From NCBI RefSeq assembly GCF_002993975.1, contig NZ_POSO01000003.1:46285-70284 (forward strand): a stretch of 24,000 nucleotides of DNA, given 5' to 3'. This document shows, piece by piece, positions 8,492 to 16,828 of this stretch. Source of the DNA: Apilactobacillus micheneri (GTDB lineage: Bacteria; Bacillota; Bacilli; Lactobacillales; Lactobacillaceae). The position numbers and the translations under genes are program-made. Within the stretch, counting starts at the first letter, position 1, and each line of letters begins with the position of its first letter. Under the pieces are notes generated by a model. The model saw nothing but the letters and a program-made list of their open reading frames with translations. It was not told the DNA's origin and searched no databases.

Positions 8492-9022
8492 ATGATATCT
8501 AAATTTAAACCAACCTGGATGATACCTATGATTTATAATATATCACCGGTTAAATTAGAAGACATGGGAATAAAATATGTTTTTACAGATTTGGATAACA
8601 CTTTAATCCCATGGAATAATCCATATGGAACTCCTCAGCTTAGAAATTGGTTGAATAATCTAAGCAAACATAATATTGAACTTGTTGTTATATCTAATAA
8701 TAAACGATCAAGAGTTAAAAAAGCTTTAGAAATGCTAGATTTAGATTTTATATCTAGATCTTTAAAACCATTTCCAAATGGTATTAACAAGGCATTAAAA
8801 AAATATCACTTAAATAAAAAACAAGTTATAATGGTTGGGGATCAACTTTTAACTGATGTTTGGGCATCCAATAATGCTGGAGTTAGAAGTGTCTTAGTTA
8901 AACCATTAATTGAAACGGATGCTTGGAATACAAAGCCAAATCGTTTTATTGAAAAAAAGATTTGGAAAAAGTTAAATAAAAAATATGTTGATTTAAAATG
9001 GCAGGAGGATATTAATGACTGA
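8492..9022 (+). CDS. yqeG: YqeG-family HAD-IIIA phosphatase
   Basis: HAD motif I FTDLDNTL and motif IV-like VGDQLLTDV. ATG 8492 follows AAGAGGAG (8474-8481). The longer track ORF starts at TTG 8450, which has no Shine-Dalgarno. First gene of the conserved yqeG cluster. Confidence 0.85.
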   Translation: MISKFKPTWMIPMIYNISPVKLEDMGIKYVFTDLDNTLIPWNNPYGTPQLRNWLNNLSKHNIELVVISNNKRSRVKKALEMLDLDFISRSLKPFPNGINKALKKYHLNKKQVIMVGDQLLTDVWASNNAGVRSVLVKPLIETDAWNTKPNRFIEKKIWKKLNKKYVDLKWQEDIND

Positions 9023-10142
9023 AAATTTAGAAAACGAAGATTTGCGTTGTATTGGATGTGGAGCTCAAATTCAAACGGATACTCCTGATGAATTAGGCTA
9101 TACTCCTAAATCAGCTTTAGATAAAGGAAAAGAAACTGGTGAAATTTACTGTCAAAGATGTTTTAGATTGCGTCACTATAATGAAATTTCTCCTGTAAGT
9201 TTGACTGATGATGATTTCTTGGCACTTTTAAATCAAATTAGAGATGCTAATGCATTAATCGTTTATTTAGTAGATATATTTGATTTTAATGGTAGTTTAA
9301 TTCCAGGACTACATCGTTTTGTTGGTGATAATCCAATTATGTTAGTTGGAAATAAGGCCGATCTTTTACCAAAATCATTAAAAAATCGTAAATTAAGAGA
9401 TTGGATTAGACAACGTTCTAACGAAGCAGGAATTAGACCTATTGATGTAGAATTAGTTTCAGCTAGAACTAACGAATCTGTTGATAATTTATTAAATAAT
9501 ATTGATAAATATCGTAAAAATAGAGATGTTTATGTTGTCGGTGTAACTAATGTTGGTAAGTCAACCTTAATTAACCAAATTATTAAACAAAATACCGGAA
9601 TAAAAGAGTTAATTACAACTTCAAGATTTCCTGGTACTACTTTAGATAAAATTAGTATTGATTTAGAAGATGGACATAAATTAGTTGATACTCCTGGAAT
9701 TATTCATAAAGAACAAATGGCTCATTATCTTACTGGAAAGGATTTAAAAGTTGTTGAACCACAAAAACAAATTAAACCTAAAGTATATCAATTGAATCCG
9801 GAACAGACCTTATTCTTTGGTGGTGTTGCTAGGTTTGATTATGTTAATGGAGATAAAAAGCATGGATTTACAGTTTATGTTGAAAATAATCTTTTCATTC
9901 ATAGAACTAAACTTATCAATGCAGACGCATTTTATAGTAAACATTTTGGAGAAATGTTAACTCCACCTAGTAAAGATTCTATTGAAGATTTTCCAGAATT
10001 GGTTCGATATGAATTTAAGACAGATCAAAAAAGTGATTTAGTAATTGAAGGCTTAGGATGGATTACCGTACCTTCAAATGTTGTAGTAGCGGGATGGGCT
10101 CCCAAAGGAGTTTCTGTGTTGTTAAGAAGAGCAATGATTTAA
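9015..10142 (+). CDS. yqeH: Ribosome biogenesis GTPase YqeH (circularly permuted)
   Basis: N-terminal zinc finger CIGCG...CQRC. The permuted G-motif order is G4 LVGNKADLL, then G1 GVTNVGKSTL, then G3 VDTPGI. GGAGG Shine-Dalgarno upstream. 8-nt overlap with yqeG. Confidence 0.92.
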   Translation: MTENLENEDLRCIGCGAQIQTDTPDELGYTPKSALDKGKETGEIYCQRCFRLRHYNEISPVSLTDDDFLALLNQIRDANALIVYLVDIFDFNGSLIPGLHRFVGDNPIMLVGNKADLLPKSLKNRKLRDWIRQRSNEAGIRPIDVELVSARTNESVDNLLNNIDKYRKNRDVYVVGVTNVGKSTLINQIIKQNTGIKELITTSRFPGTTLDKISIDLEDGHKLVDTPGIIHKEQMAHYLTGKDLKVVEPQKQIKPKVYQLNPEQTLFFGGVARFDYVNGDKKHGFTVYVENNLFIHRTKLINADAFYSKHFGEMLTPPSKDSIEDFPELVRYEFKTDQKSDLVIEGLGWITVPSNVVVAGWAPKGVSVLLRRAMI

Positions 10143-10159
10143 TTATAAGGAGAATTTCA

Positions 10160-10471
10160 ATGAAATTAAGAGGGAAACAAAAGCGTTATTTGAGATCACA
10201 AGCTAATCGTATGAAGCCTTTATTTTCTGTTGGTAAAAATGGACTAAATGAAATCTGGTTAGATCAAATTTTAGATGCATTACAAAGAAGAGAGTTAATT
10301 AAAATTAATATTCAACAAAATGCTGATGAAAGTGTATCAGATGTAAAATCATTTATTGAAGAAAATAGTGATGTATCTGTAGTCCAAACTATTGGAAAAA
10401 CACTATTATTATTTATGCCAGCAAGTAAAGAAAAATTTCAAAATTATTCTGTAGAAGTTAAAAATATTTAA
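10160..10471 (+). CDS. yhbY: YhbY/YqeI family (CRM domain) RNA-binding protein
   Basis: MKLRGKQKRYLRSQANRMKPLFSVGKNGL... is the typical YhbY N-terminus. AAGGAG at 10148-10153 precedes ATG 10160. The track start at 10058 overlaps the yqeH 3' end and is implausible. Confidence 0.88.
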   Translation: MKLRGKQKRYLRSQANRMKPLFSVGKNGLNEIWLDQILDALQRRELIKINIQQNADESVSDVKSFIEENSDVSVVQTIGKTLLLFMPASKEKFQNYSVEVKNI

Positions 10472-10484
10472 AGAGCTGTTTAAG

Positions 10485-11057
10485 ATGCGCAAAAAGAAAA
10501 TTGGTATTTTGGGTGGGACATTTAATCCTATTCATAATGGACACTTATTTATTGCTGAACAAGTTAGAACTCAATTGAATTTGGACAAAGTTTTATTTAT
10601 GCCTGATTATATTCCTCCTCACATTGATCAAAAATCTGCAATTAGTTCCGTTGATAGAGTTAATATGGTTCGTTTGGCAATCAAAGATAATCATAATTTT
10701 GGTGTTTTGATGGATGAAATTGATAGAAAAGGTAAGAGCTATACTTATGATACAATGAGTGCATTGGTGCGTAATAATCGCAATGTTGATTATTATTTTA
10801 TTATTGGTGGTGACATGGTTCATTATTTGCCTAAATGGTATAAAATTGATGAATTGACTAAAATAATAAAATTTGTTGGTGTTCAAAGAGAAGAATACGA
10901 TAATAATTCAAAATATAGTATTATTAAATTGAATGTTCATAAGCTTGATATTTCTTCAACACTTATTCGTAATAGTATTAAAGACGGACAATCTGTACGT
11001 TATTTGATTCCAGATGAGGTTTTACAATATATAAAGGAGCATCATATTTATGAATGA
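10485..11057 (+). CDS. nadD: Nicotinate-nucleotide adenylyltransferase
   Basis: GILGGTFNPIHNGH is the nucleotidyltransferase (H/T)xGH motif. ISSTLIR motif near the C-terminus. Length 190 aa. Confidence 0.93.
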   Translation: MRKKKIGILGGTFNPIHNGHLFIAEQVRTQLNLDKVLFMPDYIPPHIDQKSAISSVDRVNMVRLAIKDNHNFGVLMDEIDRKGKSYTYDTMSALVRNNRNVDYYFIIGGDMVHYLPKWYKIDELTKIIKFVGVQREEYDNNSKYSIIKLNVHKLDISSTLIRNSIKDGQSVRYLIPDEVLQYIKEHHIYE

Positions 11058-11661
11058 TATCGAATTAGAATATAAAGAAAATATTGTTCCATATAGCAGA
11101 AAAGAATTAATTAATAAATTAAAATCAGCTCTAAAGCAATCTAGATTTGAGCATGTTTTAAGAGTTGAACAAATGGCTATTAAGTTAGCTAAATTAAATA
11201 ATTTTGATGAAGAAATGGCCAGCATTGGCGGATTAGTTCATGATTATGCTAAACAAAGGCCTGATGAAGATTTTATTGCTGCCATTAAAAAATATCATTT
11301 GAATGAAAATTTATTAAATTATGGTAATGCAATTTGGCATGGAGCAGTAGGATATTTGTTTGTGCAAAATGAATTAAGAATTTCCAATGTGGAAATTCTT
11401 AATGCTGTAAAATATCACACAACAGGTTCTAAATATATGTCCACTTTATCTCAAATCGTTTATATGGCAGATTATCTTGAAATGGGTCGTGAATTCCCAG
11501 GTGTTGATGAAGCCAGAACAATTACGTTTAATAATTTACAAGATGGTGTTGCATATCAAACTAAACATACAATTGAATATTTAATTTCTAATAATAAATC
11601 AGTTTATCCGAAAACTATTGATACTTATAATCAATGGGTTGTTAATTCAAAAATAAAGTAA
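11050..11661 (+). CDS. yqeK: HD-domain bis(5'-nucleosyl)-tetraphosphatase, YqeK family
   Basis: Contains RFEHVLRV...GLVHDYAK (HD motif)...KYHTTG. Follows nadD with an 8-nt overlap, as in the conserved nadD-yqeK pair. Confidence 0.88.
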   Translation: MNDIELEYKENIVPYSRKELINKLKSALKQSRFEHVLRVEQMAIKLAKLNNFDEEMASIGGLVHDYAKQRPDEDFIAAIKKYHLNENLLNYGNAIWHGAVGYLFVQNELRISNVEILNAVKYHTTGSKYMSTLSQIVYMADYLEMGREFPGVDEARTITFNNLQDGVAYQTKHTIEYLISNNKSVYPKTIDTYNQWVVNSKIK

Positions 11662-11678
11662 TAAGGAGCAATTTATAA

Positions 11679-12032
11679 ATGAGTAGTAAAGATACTTTAG
11701 AAGTAGTAGTAAAAGCTGCAGATAGTAAACGAGCAAATAATATTGTTGCTTTAAATGTACATGAAGTTAGTTTAATGTCAGATTATTTTGTGATTATGGA
11801 TGCAACTTCAAATCGTCAAGTAAAATCAATTGCTGATGAAATTGTAGATCAAGCGGAAGCAGCAAAAGTTGAAGTGCAACAAGTAGAAGGTAAAGATACT
11901 GCAAAATGGATTTTGGTTGATTTAGGGGATGTAATTGTTCATGTATTTCAAAGTGATGAAAGAGAATATTACAATCTAGAAAAATTATGGTCAGATGCAC
12001 CATCAGTAAAAATTGATCAATGGGTAAAATAA
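11679..12032 (+). CDS. rsfS: Ribosome silencing factor RsfS
   Basis: 117 aa. DYFVIMDATSNRQVKSIAD...WILVDLGDVIVHVF...YNLEKLW are RsfS/IojAP family signatures. AAGGAG Shine-Dalgarno upstream. Confidence 0.92.
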   Translation: MSSKDTLEVVVKAADSKRANNIVALNVHEVSLMSDYFVIMDATSNRQVKSIADEIVDQAEAAKVEVQQVEGKDTAKWILVDLGDVIVHVFQSDEREYYNLEKLWSDAPSVKIDQWVK

Positions 12033-12033
12033 T

Positions 12034-12765
12034 ATGATTTATCAAGAATTTGCAGAATTATATGATGAATTATTTGATCCAACCATGTATGACAAGTGGT
12101 TGGATTTTGTTGAACATAATGCTAATGCAGATGATGATATTTTAGACATTGCTTGTGGTACAGGTAGACTAATTTCTTTATTGAGAAACAAAAAATATAA
12201 TGTTAGTGGACTTGATATGTCTTCGGATATGTTAACAATTGCTGATGATAATTTAAGAAGAAACAATCAGACTGCTAATTTAATTCAAGGCGATATGTTA
12301 GATTTGTCGTCTTTTCCCAATTATGAAGTAATTACATGTTTTGATGATTCTCTATGTTATTTAAAAAACTTACAAGAGTTAAAAATTGCTTTTAAAAATG
12401 CATATAATCACCTTAATAATAAAGGAAAATATTTATTTGATGTAATCACCCCTTATCAGACTGATCAAATTTATCCAGGATATATGTATAATTTTCATGA
12501 CGAAACTAGGGCTTTTATGTGGACAACTTATATTGGGGATGAAGAGCATTCTGTTGATCATGATTTATCATTTTTTAACTACAATGAAGAATTAGATGCT
12601 TATGATGAATTTAGTGAGTTGCATCATGAACGTACTTATAATCTAGAAGATTATATTTCATCATTAGAATCAGTCGGCTTTTCTAAAGTAAATGTTTTTA
12701 GTAATTTTGGAAAAAATAAAATAGACGAAAATACTACTAGATGGTTTTTTATTTGTGAGAAGTGA
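12034..12765 (+). CDS. Class I SAM-dependent methyltransferase (YqeM-like)
   Basis: SAM-binding motif I ILDIACGTGR. Length 243 aa. Occupies the yqeM position after rsfS. Confidence 0.8.
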   Translation: MIYQEFAELYDELFDPTMYDKWLDFVEHNANADDDILDIACGTGRLISLLRNKKYNVSGLDMSSDMLTIADDNLRRNNQTANLIQGDMLDLSSFPNYEVITCFDDSLCYLKNLQELKIAFKNAYNHLNNKGKYLFDVITPYQTDQIYPGYMYNFHDETRAFMWTTYIGDEEHSVDHDLSFFNYNEELDAYDEFSELHHERTYNLEDYISSLESVGFSKVNVFSNFGKNKIDENTTRWFFICEK

Positions 12766-12769
12766 TAAT

Positions 12770-13901
12770 ATGTTAAATGCAGTTGGAATAATTAGTGAAT
12801 ATAATCCTTTCCATAATGGACATTTATACCAAATAAAAAAAAGCCAAAGAACTTACCCATGCTGATTTATGTATTGTAGTTATGAGTGGCAATTGGGTTC
12901 AAAGAGGCCAGCCAGCTTCTTTTGATAAATGGAATCGTGCTAAAATGGCATTAGAAAATGATGTTGATTTGGTTGTAGAGTTACCATTTCAATATTCTGT
13001 TCAGCCAGCCAGCATATTTGCTAAAGCTGCGGTCAATATATTAGGTGCTTTGCAATGTAAATGGTTATCATTTGGCAGTGAAAGTCCAGAAATTAATTTT
13101 TCTAAATTAGCTACTGTTAATTTAGAAAATCCTGAATATTTTAAAAATTATGAAGAAAATTATACTTCAGCAATTCAACAATTAATTGCCGAAAAAACTG
13201 ATTTTGTTATAAATAAGCCGAATGATATTTTAGCATTTAATTATGCTTTATATAATAGACAGCTATCTATACCTATGAAATTAATTCCTGTTAAACGAAA
13301 GAATAGTAATCATAATGATGTTGAAATAATTGATTCTAGCTTAAATATTTCTAGTGCAACATCTATTAGAAAAAATATTAATAACGTTTCTAAAATTTAT
13401 AATGTAATTCCTAAATCTACCTTGGAAGTCATTGAGAATAATCAATGTATTGATTGGAATACCTTTTGGAAATATTTAAAATACAAAATATTAACTAATT
13501 CTGTTAATGAATTAAGAAGCATTTATCAAATGACAGAGGGCTTAGAGTATAGATTCAAAAAATATATTAAAATATCTAATGATTTTGACGAATTTTTAAA
13601 TAATTTAAAGACCAAAAGATATACATTTTCGAGACTAAGACGACTTTGTGTATATGTTTTAATGAACTTTAAATCTACTGATTTTGAAAATTCATCTGAG
13701 TATATTCGTATATTAGGTTTTAATAGTTTAGGCAGAAAATATCTTAAACAAATAAAGAAAAAAACTAATATGATTATTATCTCAAAGCCTAGCAAAGCTT
13801 TGCTAGAAAAAGAGCTTAAGTTTGACTACTTATCTGGTAATATATATAGTATTGAAAGTAAAAAGAATGAAGATTTATATAAAGTACCGTTAATATTTTA
13901 G
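12770..13901 (+). pseudogene. tmcAL: tRNA(Met) cytidine acetate ligase TmcAL (YlbM family), frameshifted as assembled (A8 run at 12835-12842, A7 expected)
   Basis: ATG 12770 gives MLNAVGIISEYNPFHNGHLYQIKK, an HxGH nucleotidyltransferase motif. It then reads SQRTYPC and stops. Removing one A gives ...KKAKELTHADLCIVVMSGNWVQRGQPA..., continuous with track ORF 12882-13901. Confidence 0.85.
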
Positions 13902-13927
13902 TAATTTTAGGTATCAAGGAAAACACC

Positions 13928-13957
13928 TTGACAAACCATCTTATTACTATGTATAAT
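13928..13957 (+). promoter_or_regulatory. Sigma-A promoter for the DUF177-rpmF pair
   Basis: TTGACA at 13928-13933, an 18-nt spacer, then consensus TATAAT at 13952-13957, immediately preceded by TG. Confidence 0.65.
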
Positions 13958-13985
13958 TAACGTCGTTGCATTAGGAGGTAAACCT

Positions 13986-14540
13986 ATGAAATGGGTATTA
14001 AGAGAATTATCAGATTACAAGAATAAACCACTTTATGTTAGTGAAAAGATGGATTTATCTCAAGATATTATGGAAAGATATAGTAAATATGTCATTTCTG
14101 CTAATGATAAATTTAGTGTGGATGCTTATGTATTCTATGACAATGGTAATGCCATTGTTAATGCTCATGTTCGTGGTAATATCGTAGTGCCTTCATCAAG
14201 ATCTTTGACTCCAGTTGATCTTCCTTTAGACTTTAAAATAGATGAAGTTTATGTGGATACAAAAGCTCAACTGAAGAAATATGAAGAAGAAGATGAAGCT
14301 GCATTTTTATTAGATGATGATGGTGTTATTGATTTTGATAAATCAGTTGCTGACAACGTTATCTTACAAATTCCAATGCATATTCTGTCGCCTGATGAAA
14401 AAAATGGTAGTGAAATGCCTAAGGGTAATGATTGGGAAGTTATTTCTGAAGAAGAATATGACAATCAAAAGACAGATAATAAAAAAGTAGATCCACGTCT
14501 TGCTAAGCTAAAAGATCTATTTAACGATAGTGATAAGTAA
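13986..14540 (+). CDS. YceD/YlbN family protein (DUF177), large-subunit ribosome-associated
   Basis: 184 aa and acidic. Sits immediately upstream of rpmF, the conserved position of ylbN/yceD. AGGAGG Shine-Dalgarno upstream. Confidence 0.8.
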   Translation: MKWVLRELSDYKNKPLYVSEKMDLSQDIMERYSKYVISANDKFSVDAYVFYDNGNAIVNAHVRGNIVVPSSRSLTPVDLPLDFKIDEVYVDTKAQLKKYEEEDEAAFLLDDDGVIDFDKSVADNVILQIPMHILSPDEKNGSEMPKGNDWEVISEEEYDNQKTDNKKVDPRLAKLKDLFNDSDK

Positions 14541-14605
14541 TTGGTAAGACTTAAAATTTTTCACTAGTGGATATTTTATTTTAAAGAGTAAGGGGGGTCT
14601 TTGCA

Positions 14606-14785
14606 TTGGCTGTACCAAAGAGAAAAACTTCAAAAGCTAAAAAGGGTATGCGTCGTGGCCACATTAAGTTGGCTAACCCAGGTTTGAGTGCTTGCCCAAA
14701 CTGTGGTGAATTACGTAAACCTCATATGGTTTGTCCTAGTTGTGGATACTATGATGGAAAACAAGTTGTTAAAACTAACGACTAA
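14606..14785 (+). CDS. rpmF: 50S ribosomal protein L32 (zinc-ribbon form), TTG start
   Basis: Not in the ORF track. TTG 14606 lies 8 nt after AAGGGGGG. Translation is (M)[58 protein letters not shown], 59 aa. Stop TAA at 14783-14785. Canonical L32 N-terminus and CxxC...CxxC. Confidence 0.92.
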   Translation: MAVPKRKTSKAKKGMRRGHIKLANPGLSACPNCGELRKPHMVCPSCGYYDGKQVVKTND

Positions 14786-14794
14786 TTATTTTTT

Positions 14795-14837
14795 AAAGTT
14801 ATCAGATCACCATGGAATCTGATAACTTTTTTATTTT
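14795..14837 (+). terminator. Intrinsic terminator after rpmF
   Basis: Perfect 13-bp stem AAAGTTATCAGAT (14795-14807) with ATCTGATAACTTT (14817-14829), a 9-nt loop and a T run. Confidence 0.85.
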
Positions 14838-14844
14838 CTAAAAT

Positions 14845-14883
14845 AAAAAGAGTCCTTTTCTTAATTTGAAAAGGACTCTTTTT
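14845..14883 (-). terminator. Intrinsic (bidirectional-looking) terminator after adh
   Basis: Perfect 15-bp stem AAAAAGAGTCCTTTT (14845-14859) with AAAAGGACTCTTTTT (14869-14883). An A-tract and a T-tract flank it. Lies 2 nt beyond the adh stop. Confidence 0.85.
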
Positions 14884-14885
14884 AA

Positions 14886-15902
14886 TTATTTAGTGAAATC
14901 TACAACCATTCTACCAACAATTTTATTATTCTTCATATCATCAATAACTTGATTAATATCTTCTAATTTGCATGTTTGAACAATTGGTTTTACTTTTCCT
15001 TCACTACCGAATTGGAAAGTTTCTGTTAAATCTTGTCTAGTTCCAACAAGTGAACCAGCAACTTGAATTCCATCAAGAACAGTTTTATCAATGTTTAAGG
15101 CCATATCTCCTTTAGGCAATGCAACTGCAACTAATTTACCATCAGGTCTTAGAGCATTGATAGCAGTGGTAAATGCATCTTTGTTAACTGCAGTAACAAC
15201 TGAGCTATGAACTCCACCAACTTTTTCCTGAATAGTTTTTGATACGTCTGAATCATGACGATTAATTAATAATTCAGCACCATTTTCTTTTGCTGCTTGT
15301 AATTTCTTTTCATTTCCGTCAACAGCAACTACATGTGCATTAAACACATTATGAGCAAATTGAATTGCTAAATTACCTAAGCCTCCAGCACCAACAACTT
15401 CACTCCATTGACCTGGTCTTAAATTGCCAACTTTAAGAGCTTTATATGTTGTAACACCAGCACAAGTTAGTGATGTTGCTTCAACTGGATCTAAATCTTC
15501 TGGTACTTTAACAGCATAATCAGCATCAACAATCACTTGTTCTGCCATTGCACCATCAACAGTAAAACCAGCATTTTCAACATTACGGCATAAAGTTTCA
15601 CGTCCAGTTAAACAATATTCACAGTGTCCGCATCCTTTAAAGAACCAAGCAATTGATACACGGTCACCAATTTTTAAATTAGTTACGTCATCAGCAACTT
15701 GTGATACTCTACCAACACCTTCATGACCAATAATTCTACCAGGTTGTTCACCAAAGTCTCCAGAAGCAACATGTAAATCTGTATGACAAAGTCCACAGTA
15801 TTCAACATCAACTAAAGCTTCACCATTTTTGATTGGTCTTAAGTTTACATCCTTAATATCTACATATCCATCTGAATTGTTTCTAACTACAGCAGCTTTC
15901 AT
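14886..15902 (-). CDS. Zinc-dependent alcohol dehydrogenase (AdhA/AdhP-like, medium-chain)
   Basis: Catalytic zinc region CGLCHTDLH...GHEGVGRV. Structural zinc cluster [15 protein letters not shown]. Rossmann motif [11 protein letters not shown]. Length 338 aa. Confidence 0.92.
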   Translation of the reverse strand: MKAAVVRNNSDGYVDIKDVNLRPIKNGEALVDVEYCGLCHTDLHVASGDFGEQPGRIIGHEGVGRVSQVADDVTNLKIGDRVSIAWFFKGCGHCEYCLTGRETLCRNVENAGFTVDGAMAEQVIVDADYAVKVPEDLDPVEATSLTCAGVTTYKALKVGNLRPGQWSEVVGAGGLGNLAIQFAHNVFNAHVVAVDGNEKKLQAAKENGAELLINRHDSDVSKTIQEKVGGVHSSVVTAVNKDAFTTAINALRPDGKLVAVALPKGDMALNIDKTVLDGIQVAGSLVGTRQDLTETFQFGSEGKVKPIVQTCKLEDINQVIDDMKNNKIVGRMVVDFTK

Positions 15903-15939
15903 AAAAAGTACCTCTATTCATTAATTTTAAACATTAAGA

Positions 15940-15968
15940 ATTATAAATAAATTTACAACTATAATCAA
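15940..15968 (-). promoter_or_regulatory. Candidate adh promoter
   Basis: On the minus strand: TTGATT (15968 down to 15963), a 17-nt spacer, then TATAAT (15945 down to 15940). The region is extremely AT-rich, so chance matches are likely. Confidence 0.35.
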
Positions 15969-16041
15969 TAACATTTATCAATTAAATAATAAACCTTACA
16001 GATTATAATATTCATATATATAAATTAAAATTTTATAAAAT

Positions 16042-16082
16042 AAAATGTTCATAGTTGCTATGCAGCTATTATTGAACATTTT
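16042..16082. repeat. 41-nt imperfect palindrome in the adh / two-component divergent intergenic region
   Basis: Outer perfect 10-bp arms AAAATGTTCA (16042-16051) and TGAACATTTT (16073-16082). Inner arms TAGTTGC (16052-16058) and GCAGCTA (16062-16068) pair with one G-T. Lies just upstream of a TG-A-TAGAAT extended -10. Confidence 0.6.
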
Positions 16083-16086
16083 ATTG

Positions 16087-16095
16087 TGATAGAAT
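16087..16095 (+). promoter_or_regulatory. Candidate extended -10 promoter element for the two-component operon
   Basis: TG (16087-16088), A, then TAGAAT (16090-16095), 46 nt upstream of the response-regulator ATG. No good -35 at 17-nt spacing. Confidence 0.4.
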
Positions 16096-16141
16096 ATATT
16101 AGTATATTACAATTTTAGAAAGTATTTAGGGGTGTACTCGT

Positions 16142-16828
16142 ATGAGTCGAATCTTAATAGTAGAAGACGAAAAAAGTTTATCTAGATTTGTTGAGCTAGA
16201 ACTTAAACATGAAGGTTATGAAACCAAGGTAGCAGTCAATGGTAGAGACGGATTAGATGATGCAATTAATGAAGACTTTGACATTATATTACTTGATTTA
16301 ATGTTGCCTAAACTAAATGGTATGGAAGTAGCCAGAAGATTGAGAGAAAAGAAAAATACTCCAATCATTATTATGACTGCTAGAGATTCAGTTATTGATA
16401 GAGTTTCTGGATTTGATCATGGTGCTGATGATTATATCGTAAAGCCATTTGCTATTGAAGAATTATTAGCTCGTGTTCGTGCTTTATTGCGTCGTATTAA
16501 TATTGAAGGCGATGAAAAAACTGAAAATCAAAAAGTCGTTCATTTTAAAGATATTACTGTTGAAAAAGAAAGTCGCATTGTCAAACGTGGTGAAGATATT
16601 ATAGATTTGACTAAACGTGAATACGAACTTTTATTAACATTAATGGAAAATGTGAACGTGGTGTTAGCTAGAGATGTATTACTTAATCAAGTTTGGGGAT
16701 ATGATTCTAATGCCGAAACCAATGTAGTTGATGTATATGTTAGATACTTAAGAAACAAAATTGATCGTAGCGATCAAAAAAGTTATATTCAAACTGTTAG
16801 AGGCACTGGGTATGTGATGAGATCATGA
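16142..16828 (+). CDS. OmpR-family response regulator (CovR/ArlR-like)
   Basis: Receiver domain ILIVEDE...ILLDLMLP...DDYIVKPF. C-terminal winged helix ...VRYLRNKI...IQTVRGTGY. By eye it resembles the streptococcal CovR / staphylococcal ArlR subfamily. Confidence 0.9.
   Translation: MSRILIVEDEKSLSRFVELELKHEGYETKVAVNGRDGLDDAINEDFDIILLDLMLPKLNGMEVARRLREKKNTPIIIMTARDSVIDRVSGFDHGADDYIVKPFAIEELLARVRALLRRINIEGDEKTENQKVVHFKDITVEKESRIVKRGEDIIDLTKREYELLLTLMENVNVVLARDVLLNQVWGYDSNAETNVVDVYVRYLRNKIDRSDQKSYIQTVRGTGYVMRS

Noticed and set aside
10058-10159. 5' extension of yhbY from ATG 10058 (137 aa), overlapping the last 85 nt of yqeH.
   Set aside because: The extension is out-of-frame read-through of the yqeH coding sequence. 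ATG 10160 has AAGGAG upstream and gives the conserved MKLRGKQKRYLR N-terminus.
16084-16110. Possible Rex (redox repressor) operator near adh: TTGTGA...TACAA.
   Set aside because: The half-sites are separated by far more than in the Rex consensus (TTGTGAA-N4 to N6-TTCACAA), and the right half is poor. The region is so AT-rich that partial matches are expected. I also saw no cre-like (CcpA) site.
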